Shown: positions 18,671 through 27,628 of the stretch, piece by piece | Layout: each line of letters opens with the position of its first letter | Numbering within the stretch: the stretch's first letter is position 1 | Assembly: GCA_902521645.1 (NCBI GenBank) | Contig: CABYSN010000001.1 | Location: 1,605 to 65,604, forward strand | Length of the DNA: 64,000 bases | Reading direction: 5' to 3' | Origin: Planctomycetota bacterium | Lineage (GTDB): Bacteria; Planctomycetota; Phycisphaerae; Phycisphaerales; SM1A02 | Notes under the pieces: model-generated | Database searches by the model: none | The model's input: only the letters and a program-made list of their open reading frames with translations | What the model was told of the DNA's origin: nothing | Translations under genes and position numbers: made by a program

Positions 18671-20478
18671 CGACTGGTTCCTCCAGACATGGATCCGGAC
18701 GAAGCTCGGAGGGTGAACGCCGTGTCCTTGCGGTGGTTCTTGCCGGCGGTATCGGGGGAATCATCGTCTTGATTCTCGTCTTTCTGCTTCGTGCGGAGTC
18801 CTCGGAAGATTCCTCGGAGATCACGGGCAAGGCGTTCGCTCCCGCGCCGGCCACCGATCTCGAGGCGGCCCCGCTCGGTCAATTCCGGGCATCATTCACC
18901 GACGTCGCTCGATCTTCAGGCATTGTTCACGCCCAGTCGACCGGTGCCACCGGCGAACGTCTGCTTCCGGAAACGATGGGAAGCGGTGTCTCCGTCGGTG
19001 ATCTCGACGGTGACGGGGACCCGGATCTTCTCCTGGCCGACTACGGCGGCGTGCCACGTCTGTATCGGAATGACACGACGCCCGGAGGGCCGATGCGTTT
19101 CACCGATGTGTCCGATGGAAGCGGTCTGGAAGCCGTCACTGGAACCACCACCTCGGCACTTGGCGACATCGATGGTGATGGCCGACTTGATGTCCTGTTC
19201 GGACGTGTCGGAGGTGACCCTCTCTATCGGAACACGGGCGAGATGACATTCGTACAGACTGAGGTCCTCGGAATCGGCTGGACCACCGCCGCGGGATTCT
19301 TCGATGCCGATGGAGACCTTGATGCGGATCTCCTGGTGGCGAGTTACGTCGACTGGAGTCCGGATCTGGATCGTCAGGTCGATTTCAAGCTGGATGGACT
19401 CGGACGGGCCTACGGGCCGCCCACAGGATTTCCCGGGACCGATCTCAAGCTCTTCGTCAATGACGGCACCGGTTTCCTCTCCGAGGAGTCGGAGGCGAGA
19501 GGCTTGCAGATCCGCCGGTCGGATCGTGATGTTCCGGTGATGAAGGCGCTTGGTCTTCTGCTGGTCGACATCGACCGAGACGGCGACATCGACATCCTCG
19601 TCGCCAACGACACCACGGCCAATCGTCTCTTTCTCAACGATGGATCCGGTGCCTTCAGCGAGGATGCCGCTCGCCTCGGCGTGGCATTCGATCTCGATGG
19701 CAATGCGACCGGAGCGATGGGTGTCGATTTCGCGCGAGAGCCGGAGACGGGCGAACTCCTCTTCGCGGTGGGCAACTTCGCCAACGAATCATCCTCCCTC
19801 TATCGACAGCGTGACGGCATCGCCTTCCGTGATGAATCGGCGATCAGCGGCATCGGTTTTCCGACTCGAAATCCACTGACCTTCGGCACGCTGCTACTGG
19901 ATCTCGATCTCGACGGGTTGCCGGACCTCGTCCAAGTCAACGGGCACATCGAACCCGAGATCCTTCGGGTCCAGAAGGGGCAGATGTATCGTCAAAGCGC
20001 TCAGGTCTTTCGTGGTGTCGATGAGGTGGGCCGTTTTCGCGGAGTGGGTGTCGAACAGCTCGACGACCTCGCCCGTCCGATCGTCGGGCGAGCCGCCGCT
20101 TCCGGCGATCTCGACGGCGATGGTGATTACGACCTGGTGCTGACTCGTCTGGATGACGTGCCTCTGGTGCTTCGCAACGATCTGGACCCCGATGGCGGTG
20201 ATGTTCTGAGCATCAGGATTCGGGGTCGAATGGCCGCTGCCGGTGGTGAGGGTGTTCGACTCGATGTGACCGACGCAGAAGGTGAGGTTCTCTGGACCGG
20301 GGAACTGTCTCGCACTCGTTCCTATCTCTCCCAGTCGCAGCCGTTGCTTCTTCTCGGTGTCGCCGGGCGGACTTTTCCGCTGCAGATTCGTGCGTCGTTT
20401 CCCGGGCGCGATGCGATCACTCGATCGATCGGTTCCGCCGGAGCGATCATCATCGATGCACCCGGCTCCGAAGAATGA
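18667..20478 (+). CDS. FG-GAP/VCBS + ASPIC/UnbV (CRTAC1-like) protein
   Basis: 603 aa; N-terminal TM/signal anchor; DLDGDGDPD, DIDGDGRLD, DIDRDGDID, DLDGDGDYD loops; ATGA overlap with the upstream cytochrome gene. Confidence 0.75.
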   Translation: MTTGSSRHGSGRSSEGERRVLAVVLAGGIGGIIVLILVFLLRAESSEDSSEITGKAFAPAPATDLEAAPLGQFRASFTDVARSSGIVHAQSTGATGERLLPETMGSGVSVGDLDGDGDPDLLLADYGGVPRLYRNDTTPGGPMRFTDVSDGSGLEAVTGTTTSALGDIDGDGRLDVLFGRVGGDPLYRNTGEMTFVQTEVLGIGWTTAAGFFDADGDLDADLLVASYVDWSPDLDRQVDFKLDGLGRAYGPPTGFPGTDLKLFVNDGTGFLSEESEARGLQIRRSDRDVPVMKALGLLLVDIDRDGDIDILVANDTTANRLFLNDGSGAFSEDAARLGVAFDLDGNATGAMGVDFAREPETGELLFAVGNFANESSSLYRQRDGIAFRDESAISGIGFPTRNPLTFGTLLLDLDLDGLPDLVQVNGHIEPEILRVQKGQMYRQSAQVFRGVDEVGRFRGVGVEQLDDLARPIVGRAAASGDLDGDGDYDLVLTRLDDVPLVLRNDLDPDGGDVLSIRIRGRMAAAGGEGVRLDVTDAEGEVLWTGELSRTRSYLSQSQPLLLLGVAGRTFPLQIRASFPGRDAITRSIGSAGAIIIDAPGSEE

Positions 20479-20484
20479 AAAAAA

Positions 20485-20511
20485 GAGCCCCCGACGAAAC
20501 GTCGGAGGCTC
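20485..20511 (-). terminator. rho-independent terminator between convergent genes, strongest on the minus strand
   Basis: GAGCCCCCGACG-aaa-CGTCGGAGGCTC hairpin (one mismatch); on the minus strand it is followed by TTTTTTT. Confidence 0.65.
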
Positions 20512-20537
20512 TTGAATCGGATGATGTCCGGTCGGAA

Positions 20538-23078
20538 TCAGTTCCCGCAGGTTCCCCAGGCGCTCAGAATGATCGCCAGATCCTGACCGTTGACAGTGCC
20601 GTCATCGTTGATGTCGGCAGGACCTCCTGCGGCTCCCCATGAACTCAGGACCAGGGCCAGATCAGTGCCATTGACCGAGCCGTCGTCGTCGAGGTCGGCA
20701 GGGCAGTCTGATCCCTGTTCACAGGTGAGTCGTGTGATGATGAACTCATCCACTCCTGCCTCCGTGATGGAGTTGTTGGGATTGTCCGTGGCCACGAAGC
20801 GGACCTGGACGGTCGCCGAGGGCTCGACAAGCTCGGAGATCACGAAGCTTCTTGGGTACCAGTCGTTGTCGATGCCTTCGAGCTGGCCGTTGCCGTTGGT
20901 GTCGGCGTCGACTTCGTAGGCCAGGACCCAGTCGGTCCCGTTGTTGGTGACCTCGATCAGCATCGAATCGGCGTCCGCTGGTGAGCCGGAGGCATCGTCG
21001 CAGTTGAACCAGACCATGACGGAGATCTCCGCGTCACCATCGGAAAGGTCGATGACGGGGGAGGTCAGGATGACTGACCCGTTGTCGAGGTCGTTGCTTC
21101 CCGCGGTGGCACCTTCCGGTCCGTTCTGGGTCACGTAGCACTGGACGCCGTCGTCACTCGCATCCTCATCCGGGGCCATCTGCTGCCCCGAGGTGAAGGT
21201 GCCATTGGGATCGGCGAGCTGCCAGAATCCCGCGGTGGTTCCCGCGGTCGCCGAAGTGGTGAAGCCGTCCGTTCCCGATTCGAAGGATTCGGCGATCACT
21301 TCCTGTCCTGTCGCAGGACTGGCCTGGTAGACGCTCGTCGGTGCGTTGGACGGGTCCGTGAACGGAAGTTGGCTGAGTTCGGCACTCATGTAGTACTGGA
21401 TCGTGCTGCCGCAATCGAGTGCGGGAAGCAGGGCGCGCCAGCTGGTTCCACCGAGGGGCTCCAGTTCCGATGACGCGAAGGCGCCCCCATCGATCGAGTA
21501 GTTGAGCAAGGCGGTTCCCGGGGTCACGGTGCCGCCGACCTGGGTCATCCGAATTGAGAGCTCGGTTTCGATGCCCGGTTCGATCGTGGTGGGCAGGCCG
21601 TCGGGATAGTCGAACTCGACTCGGACCGGAGGCTTGTTCATCCAGACGGTGAATCCGGAGCAACGGGCCTGGAAGATGTCGATCCATCCGTCTCCGTTGA
21701 AGTCCACGGGTGCGATGTCGAAGCTGGCGGTCAGTTCCGAGCTGGGAATCGGCAGCGTGTTCTCGACGAAGAGCTGACTGATCACGCCGGTGTTCTCGTA
21801 GAGATGCGAGCGTCGACCGGTCGAGGGGCAGAACGACGGGAGATCCGCGTCGACGTCCGCGACGAAGCAGTCGAGGTCGCCGTCGTTGTCGAGGTCGAAG
21901 CAGGACGGCGTGTTTCCGAATTCACTGAGCGAGTCACCGATCACGTACGTCGTGAAGTTGGCTCGTCCGTCGTTTCCGTTGCCGTTGTTGATCGCATATC
22001 TGTCCTGCGAGTCGTCGATGATGATGAAGTCCATGTCGGCATCGCCATCGAGGTCGTCCACCTTAAAGTGGTAGGGTGCGCCGGAATAGACCAGGTCCGA
22101 GTTGAAATCGGTTCCGGGTGCGTTGCCTTCGTTGTAGAAGATCTCGACGATGTTGGCTCCGAGCGTGTTGCATGCCGCGATGTCGATCTTGCCGTCGTTG
22201 TTGAAGTCGGCGGCTTCAGCGGCGTTTCCGAAGTCGGTGGAAAGTTCCGAGCTCGTCATCACCGTGTTGACGGTGTCGTAGAAGTAGCCGGGACCGGGGC
22301 CCGCGGGATCATCCCCCCAGTTGAAGAGCAGCTTGGCGTTGAAGTCGTCGGAGGAGTTCTCCGGAGGGCTTGCCTGGCATTCGCCCGGATCGTTGGTGTC
22401 TCCGTCGCCGTTGATGTCGATGCAGTAGGTTCCGCTGGTCTCTGGCGTGTCGTAGTCCGTGTAGAACAGGTCGACGTACCCGTCACCGTTGAAGTCACCC
22501 CAGGCGATGTCGCAGAATCGTGGGTTCGCCACGCTGCCGTTGACCGCGAACATCTCGGGAATGCGCAGGTGCTCGTGTCTGAAGCCGAGCCAGTTGCCGT
22601 TTCCGTCGTTGCCCATGTTCAAATGGACTCTGGGCTGACCGAGGGTCCAGTCCATGTCGTCACTCATCGTGGTGGCCGTGACCAGATCGAGGAACCCGTC
22701 GTTGTTCACGTCGATGGCTTCGACGTTTCGATCGTTGGTAGGGGCCGCGAATCCATCGTCTCCGGCGAGGTCGGAGTCGGTCGCGAACTCATCGGTGCGA
22801 TCGGTCAGCACGCCGTTCTCGTTCATCAGCAGCAGGTTGGGCCATCCGCCTTCGATCGAGCCGACGAATTTCATCGCCACGGCGACGTCGATGTCGCCGT
22901 CATTGTCGAAGTCCCCCCATGTGATGTCCTTCTCGAGATTGAGATACTCGAAGGTCGGATCGAGGATCAGTCGGTCGCCGGTCTCATTGACCAGTTCAAG
23001 ACTGCTGAATTGGGCATGGGCCACTCCTGCCGGAATGAGCATGCTCGTGAGTGTGATGAGTCCGATTGTGAATCGCAT
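20538..23078 (-). CDS. secreted FG-GAP repeat protein with MAM-like domain and C-terminal dockerin-like double EF-hand
   Basis: 846 aa; signal peptide; many DxDxDG FG-GAP loops; ESFESGTDGF...VQVRFVATD...EAGVDEF (MAM-like); C-terminus DLDDDGSVNGTDLALVLSSWG...DINDDGTVNGQDLAIILSAWGTCGN. Confidence 0.65.
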   Translation of the reverse strand: MRFTIGLITLTSMLIPAGVAHAQFSSLELVNETGDRLILDPTFEYLNLEKDITWGDFDNDGDIDVAVAMKFVGSIEGGWPNLLLMNENGVLTDRTDEFATDSDLAGDDGFAAPTNDRNVEAIDVNNDGFLDLVTATTMSDDMDWTLGQPRVHLNMGNDGNGNWLGFRHEHLRIPEMFAVNGSVANPRFCDIAWGDFNGDGYVDLFYTDYDTPETSGTYCIDINGDGDTNDPGECQASPPENSSDDFNAKLLFNWGDDPAGPGPGYFYDTVNTVMTSSELSTDFGNAAEAADFNNDGKIDIAACNTLGANIVEIFYNEGNAPGTDFNSDLVYSGAPYHFKVDDLDGDADMDFIIIDDSQDRYAINNGNGNDGRANFTTYVIGDSLSEFGNTPSCFDLDNDGDLDCFVADVDADLPSFCPSTGRRSHLYENTGVISQLFVENTLPIPSSELTASFDIAPVDFNGDGWIDIFQARCSGFTVWMNKPPVRVEFDYPDGLPTTIEPGIETELSIRMTQVGGTVTPGTALLNYSIDGGAFASSELEPLGGTSWRALLPALDCGSTIQYYMSAELSQLPFTDPSNAPTSVYQASPATGQEVIAESFESGTDGFTTSATAGTTAGFWQLADPNGTFTSGQQMAPDEDASDDGVQCYVTQNGPEGATAGSNDLDNGSVILTSPVIDLSDGDAEISVMVWFNCDDASGSPADADSMLIEVTNNGTDWVLAYEVDADTNGNGQLEGIDNDWYPRSFVISELVEPSATVQVRFVATDNPNNSITEAGVDEFIITRLTCEQGSDCPADLDDDGSVNGTDLALVLSSWGAAGGPADINDDGTVNGQDLAIILSAWGTCGN

Positions 23079-23151
23079 TTTAATTCAGCTCCAGAGTCGT
23101 TGCAGTTGTGCGCGGTCTTTCCGCAATGGTGGGGGGGTTCGTGAGTGTTCT

Positions 23152-24861
23152 TTAGCCGCCCGGGCAGGGGCCCCAGTTGGCGAGTATCAGTGAGAGGTCA
23201 GCGCCCGTGACCAGGCCGTCGCCGTCCAGATCGGCGCCGGCGTTCGAGGTGCCCCAGAAGGAGAGTACCACCGCGAGGTCGGGACCGCCGACAGTGCCGT
23301 CGTCATTGATGTCGGCAATGCAGACGCAGGCATCGAGGACGCCATCGTCATTGTCGTCGATCGAGGGATCTCCGAGAATCTCGATCAGGTCTGCGACGCC
23401 GTTGTCGTTGCAGTCGTCCGGAGTCACATCGAGGGCCTGCATGAGGTAGGCGGCGTCGTCGAGGTCGGCGTCGCCGTCCTGATCGATGTCGCCGATGGCA
23501 CACGCGTCGTCAGGCACGATCACGCCGTTCTGGTCGAAGCAGTCCTGAAAGACCTGGAAATCATCGAGATCGACGTCTTCGTCTCCGTCGAAGTCGAATT
23601 CGATTCTGCCGAGCGAGTCGAGGAACTGGATCAAGGCATCCTTTTCACCTTGCGAGAGTGCGGCGAAGAGCGCCATGCTGGCGCTGGCTTCTCCGAAGAG
23701 TCCATGTTCGTTGATTGCGGTGGTGACGCGGGCGGCGAAATCGCCACTGCCCGCTCGGCCGTCATGAAGCATCGCCTGTCGCCAGCGCAGCCCCCAGAGT
23801 GGTGGGGTTCTCATTTCGCATTCGAACGCATCGCCCATGCGCACGCCATCTCCCAGGGTGCCCATGCAGTGAAGGAGGAAATCTCCGTATGGCTTGAAGT
23901 CGCGATTTCTGAGGAAAGACTCCAGTTGAGGGTCGTCCGCAGTGGTCAGCGTCGGGGTATGGCATGCCGTGCAGCCGACGTTGTTGAAGATCGCCTCCCC
24001 AGTCATGCCGGACTTCGGTGTCTGTGGCGGGGGTGCGAGATAGCGTTGGTAGGTGGTGACTCGATCGATGAATTCCAGACCGTTGGCATCAGGCTGGTCC
24101 TCCGGATCGGCCACGGTGTCACAGGAGTCGAGCATTGCCTGATCTCCGTTTGGCGCGATTTCATCGGGAAGCAGACGGTTGGTCAGTCCCATTTCGCCAA
24201 GCGACGCGTCGGCACTGAAACTCAGCACGGTGGGAAGTTGCGCCTTCCAGCCGAATTTTCCGACTCGCATCACACCGGGGGCTTCCAGAGCCTCCGTCAT
24301 GCTGGCTCGTCCACTGACTCCGTCGCCATCGTTGTCGAAAGGGTCCTCCATCGCGAGCAGCATCGCATCGGGAATCGCTTCCACGAGTCCGTACGCCAGT
24401 GCGCCGTTGGTGATGTGATTCACCACGATCGAGGCTTCCACGGGAATCTCCTCGTGGCATTCACTGTTGATGGCGCTGAGTTGATGGACCGGGCCGCCGA
24501 GATGCGTCAGATCAACGAAGGAGCCCTTGTCATCAGCGCCGAAGAAGGTCACTTCGATCGTGCCGGGTCCGCCCACGATGGAGCCGGTGCCATGGCAGGA
24601 CTGGCAATTCGATTTGTTGAACACGGGGCCGAGACCGCCTGCGATCGTGACAGGTGTGCCGTAGTCGATTCGTCCCTGGATCCAGGCATCGAGTTGTGCC
24701 GTCGACAGTTCCTGAAACGGTTCTCCGCTTCGTTCCTGCAAGACAAGGTCATCTCCTGTGAAAGCCAGAAGCTGGCTCCCGCATGAGACTGTGGCAAGAA
24801 CCAAAAACCCGGTTAGACCGAATTTTGGGAACATGGACGAACTCCTATCTACAATGTACAT
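23152..24861 (-). CDS. DUF1111-family di-haem enzyme (thiol oxidoreductase / peroxidase-like) with EF-hand and dockerin-like C-terminal tail
   Basis: 569 aa; CQSCHGTG and CTACHTP haem motifs, RTPPLWGLRWRQAMLHDGRA family signature; tail DINDDGTVGGPDLAVVLSFWG...DLDGDGLVTGADLSLILANWGPCPGG. Confidence 0.75.
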   Translation of the reverse strand: MYIVDRSSSMFPKFGLTGFLVLATVSCGSQLLAFTGDDLVLQERSGEPFQELSTAQLDAWIQGRIDYGTPVTIAGGLGPVFNKSNCQSCHGTGSIVGGPGTIEVTFFGADDKGSFVDLTHLGGPVHQLSAINSECHEEIPVEASIVVNHITNGALAYGLVEAIPDAMLLAMEDPFDNDGDGVSGRASMTEALEAPGVMRVGKFGWKAQLPTVLSFSADASLGEMGLTNRLLPDEIAPNGDQAMLDSCDTVADPEDQPDANGLEFIDRVTTYQRYLAPPPQTPKSGMTGEAIFNNVGCTACHTPTLTTADDPQLESFLRNRDFKPYGDFLLHCMGTLGDGVRMGDAFECEMRTPPLWGLRWRQAMLHDGRAGSGDFAARVTTAINEHGLFGEASASMALFAALSQGEKDALIQFLDSLGRIEFDFDGDEDVDLDDFQVFQDCFDQNGVIVPDDACAIGDIDQDGDADLDDAAYLMQALDVTPDDCNDNGVADLIEILGDPSIDDNDDGVLDACVCIADINDDGTVGGPDLAVVLSFWGTSNAGADLDGDGLVTGADLSLILANWGPCPGG

Positions 24862-25043
24862 CTCGTTGGGGTGGGGTTGAATCAGCGAGTTGTGCTACAC
24901 ATAAGATTAAGTGGTGGCCCGATGAGGTCAAGAACAAACGCATGTTGGCATTTAAAAAGGTACTTTATCAGTATTCCATTCTCATCCGCTCCTCCGTCGG
25001 CTTAAGAACGGTTTGCGCGTTTTCATCGGATTTGGACCCCATC

Positions 25044-25877
25044 ATGCCACTTCAGACCCAGGCACTTAGAAAACCGTTTAACTGCTTCAAATGCGTCTTT
25101 TACGCCTGTGTCATCGTGCTCATCGGCTGTGATCGAGGGTCGGAGTCGACGTCGACGGGGCAGCCCGGCAATGCCGCGACGGAACTGGCCGAGGACCTCA
25201 CTCCTCCATTGAGCGAGGTTCCCGGGGACCCACGCCTCAAGGTCGGCAAGGAATTGCTGATGGCGGGTCGTCTGGATGAATCCCTCATCATCTTCGAGAC
25301 CGTGCTGCGGGATCGACCGGAACTGGCTCGGGCTCATTTTCTCAAGGGAATGACGCTCCATGGCAGAAAGTCCCATGCGCTTGCGCTGCAGCATTATCTG
25401 AAGTCCGAAGCCCTGAATCAGGATTTTGCCGAGCACGAACTTCTCGATTACTACGTCGCCTGGAGCGCCTTCTACGCAGGCGAGGCCGAGCTCGCTCAGG
25501 ATCGGGTGGAACGGTGTCTTCTGGACAATCCCGAACGTGCCGATCCCAATTTTCTGGCGGGGCTTCTCGCTTTCAACGATGACCGTCTCGAGGATGCGGA
25601 GGTGTCGCTTCGACTGGCGCTTCAGTACGGGCGGCTTGAACCGGAGCCTGCGCGAAGTCGTGAACTTCGTCGTGCCTGGATTCGTCTTTCCGACGTGCTT
25701 GCTCGAGCCGAGCGACGTGAAGAGGCCCTCGAAGCCGTCACCAATGCGATCGAGATCCAGCCGGATTTCGCCGAATCCTGGTTTCGCAAGGCTTCCTTGC
25801 TGTCGCGACTCGGGCGTGAATCAGAGGCGCAGGAAGCGCTCGTTCGCTGGCAGGCGCTTGGCGGAGGACCCGGCTGA
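25044..25877 (+). CDS. TPR-repeat lipoprotein
   Basis: Start moved to the ATG at 25044 (MPLQTQ...); lipobox VLIGC; TPR-like helical repeats; stop overlaps the next start (TGATG). Confidence 0.6.
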   Translation: MPLQTQALRKPFNCFKCVFYACVIVLIGCDRGSESTSTGQPGNAATELAEDLTPPLSEVPGDPRLKVGKELLMAGRLDESLIIFETVLRDRPELARAHFLKGMTLHGRKSHALALQHYLKSEALNQDFAEHELLDYYVAWSAFYAGEAELAQDRVERCLLDNPERADPNFLAGLLAFNDDRLEDAEVSLRLALQYGRLEPEPARSRELRRAWIRLSDVLARAERREEALEAVTNAIEIQPDFAESWFRKASLLSRLGRESEAQEALVRWQALGGGPG

Positions 25878-27628
25878 TGAGATCTCCTTTCGGATGCTTC
25901 GGAATCGGCGGTGACGCACCTCGCGTGGAGTCTCTTCTTCTCGCGACATCTCTCGTCGCGGTTTTTCAAGGTTGTTCGGAAGACGACACGGTCGGGTCGT
26001 CGAGCTCGCAAGAGTCCTCGAAGCCATTCGTCTTCACCGATGTCACCTCAGGTTCGGGAATCGAACTTGAGACCGTCTCCGGAGGGACGCCCTCGACTCA
26101 GATCATCGAGGTCAAGGGTGGGGGGCTGGCTCTGATCGACTTCGATGGAGATGGTGACCGGGATCTCTTCGTGCCCAATGGTGCGACGCTCGATGCTCCC
26201 GAATCGGGGCCTGGCGCGAAGCTTTTTCGCAACGACGGAGCGCTGCGATTCACCGACGTCACCGACGCCTCCGGCATCTCCCATTCGCGCTGGTCGTTCG
26301 GCACGGCGGTGGGTGATGTCGACGCCGATGGGCACGACGACATCTTCATCGCCTGTTACGGGCCCGATGTGATGTTGCGCAATCTCGGAGACGGCACCTT
26401 TCAGGACGTCTCTCTCGAATGGGGTGTCGGTGATCCCGGTTGGTCGACCAGCGCGGCATTCGCTGATCTGGATCTCGATGGTGATCTGGATCTCTTCGTG
26501 ACCCGATACGTCGATTTCGATGTCGACAGGCCGGTGCCGCCGGCGCGTTTCAAGGGGATCGAAGTGGTCAACGGTCCGCGTGGTCTTCCCTCGCTCTCCG
26601 ATCTTTTCTATGAAAACGACGGGGCTGGGCGTCTGAGGCTTCACCGACCGGGAGACCCGCTCGGTGATCTCGCTCCGAGCTACGGATTGAACGTCGCCAT
26701 TCTCGATCTCAACGACGACGGATTGATCGACGTGCTGGTGGGCAATGATTCTGAGCCCAATGATCTCTATCTCAATCGATCGAACGCCGAAGACGGGATG
26801 GTCTTCAAGGAGTCGGGACTGATCTCGGGATTGGCGCACGATCTCAATGGGTACGATCAGGCCACCATGGGGATGGCGGTCGCGGACGTGGATGATGACC
26901 GTCTGCCCGACGTCTTCAGCTCGAATTTCTCGAGTGATTCCAACACCATGCATGTCTCAAGCGGCTCCGGGTTCTTCGATGACCGGACCAGGCAGTTCGG
27001 CCTCGCGCTGGTGAGTCGACCGTTTCTGGGGTGGGCGAGCGGCTTCTTCGATTTCGATCACGATGGGGACGAGGATCTTCTGGTCGTGAACGGTCACGTC
27101 TATCCTCAAGCCACCCGGGCCACGATGGATTCCGAGTACGAGCAGGCGATTCTGCTCATGGAACGAGACGGCGATCGTTTTCGACGCATCGAGCCCGATG
27201 GTGCGATCGGTGAACCTCACCGGGATCGAAGTGCGGTCTTCGATGATCTCGATGGTGATGGAGACATCGATCTCGTCGTCACCGAGTTGAACGGACCGGT
27301 CCGCGTCCTCCGGAACGATCTCAACCGGACCGGGTGGCTTCAACTCAGGCTCGAGGATGCGAGGGATGGCTTCGGAAACAGGCATGGAGTCGGTGCCACC
27401 GTGCGCCTTGAATCCGGTGACTGGGTCGCCACTCGATGGGTGAGTGGCGGGGGGCCTTTCCAGTCGAACTGGTCACCCGTGCTTCATTTCGGGCTGCCCC
27501 AGGATTTCAAGCGGGGAACGTTGACCGTCCGTTGGCAGGATGGTGCCGTCGAGCGCCACGAGGTCCTGCCGGATCGGTTGTTCACGGTGCGACGTACGGG
27601 CTCCGAGAGCGTCACAGAATCGGACTGA
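25877..27628 (+). CDS. FG-GAP/VCBS + ASPIC/UnbV (CRTAC1-like) protein
   Basis: 583 aa; DFDGDGDRD, DVDADGHDD, DLDLDGDLD, DFDHDGDED, DLDGDGDID loops; C-terminal GVGATVRLESGDW...WSPVLHFGL (UnbV_ASPIC-like). Confidence 0.75.
   Translation: MRSPFGCFGIGGDAPRVESLLLATSLVAVFQGCSEDDTVGSSSSQESSKPFVFTDVTSGSGIELETVSGGTPSTQIIEVKGGGLALIDFDGDGDRDLFVPNGATLDAPESGPGAKLFRNDGALRFTDVTDASGISHSRWSFGTAVGDVDADGHDDIFIACYGPDVMLRNLGDGTFQDVSLEWGVGDPGWSTSAAFADLDLDGDLDLFVTRYVDFDVDRPVPPARFKGIEVVNGPRGLPSLSDLFYENDGAGRLRLHRPGDPLGDLAPSYGLNVAILDLNDDGLIDVLVGNDSEPNDLYLNRSNAEDGMVFKESGLISGLAHDLNGYDQATMGMAVADVDDDRLPDVFSSNFSSDSNTMHVSSGSGFFDDRTRQFGLALVSRPFLGWASGFFDFDHDGDEDLLVVNGHVYPQATRATMDSEYEQAILLMERDGDRFRRIEPDGAIGEPHRDRSAVFDDLDGDGDIDLVVTELNGPVRVLRNDLNRTGWLQLRLEDARDGFGNRHGVGATVRLESGDWVATRWVSGGGPFQSNWSPVLHFGLPQDFKRGTLTVRWQDGAVERHEVLPDRLFTVRRTGSESVTESD

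Noticed and set aside
20541-20708. Idea that the WGxC-ending dockerin-like tail is a C-terminal sorting signal (PEP-CTERM / Por-CTD analogue)
   Set aside because: In the LPMO the same module is internal (37423-37584) and is followed by about 190 more residues, so it cannot be a strictly C-terminal sorting tag.
21804-23144. 446-aa ORF on the plus strand, plus many similar long ORFs (60956-62548, 35016-36221, 42147-43280, 47929-48888, 26048-26953, 17246-18331, 27885-29117, 46338-47969, 8122-9207, 11535-12701)
   Set aside because: Each lies antisense to, or frame-shifted within, a gene with clear family motifs. Their translations are Arg/Gly/Asp/Val-rich low-complexity sequence, as expected for shadow ORFs in ~60% GC DNA. 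None has a recognisable motif or ribosome-binding site.
27612-27628. 17-nt convergent 3' overlap between the CRTAC1-like gene and cls
   Set aside because: Short convergent overlaps are common in compact GC-rich genomes. No structure or motif is associated with it.
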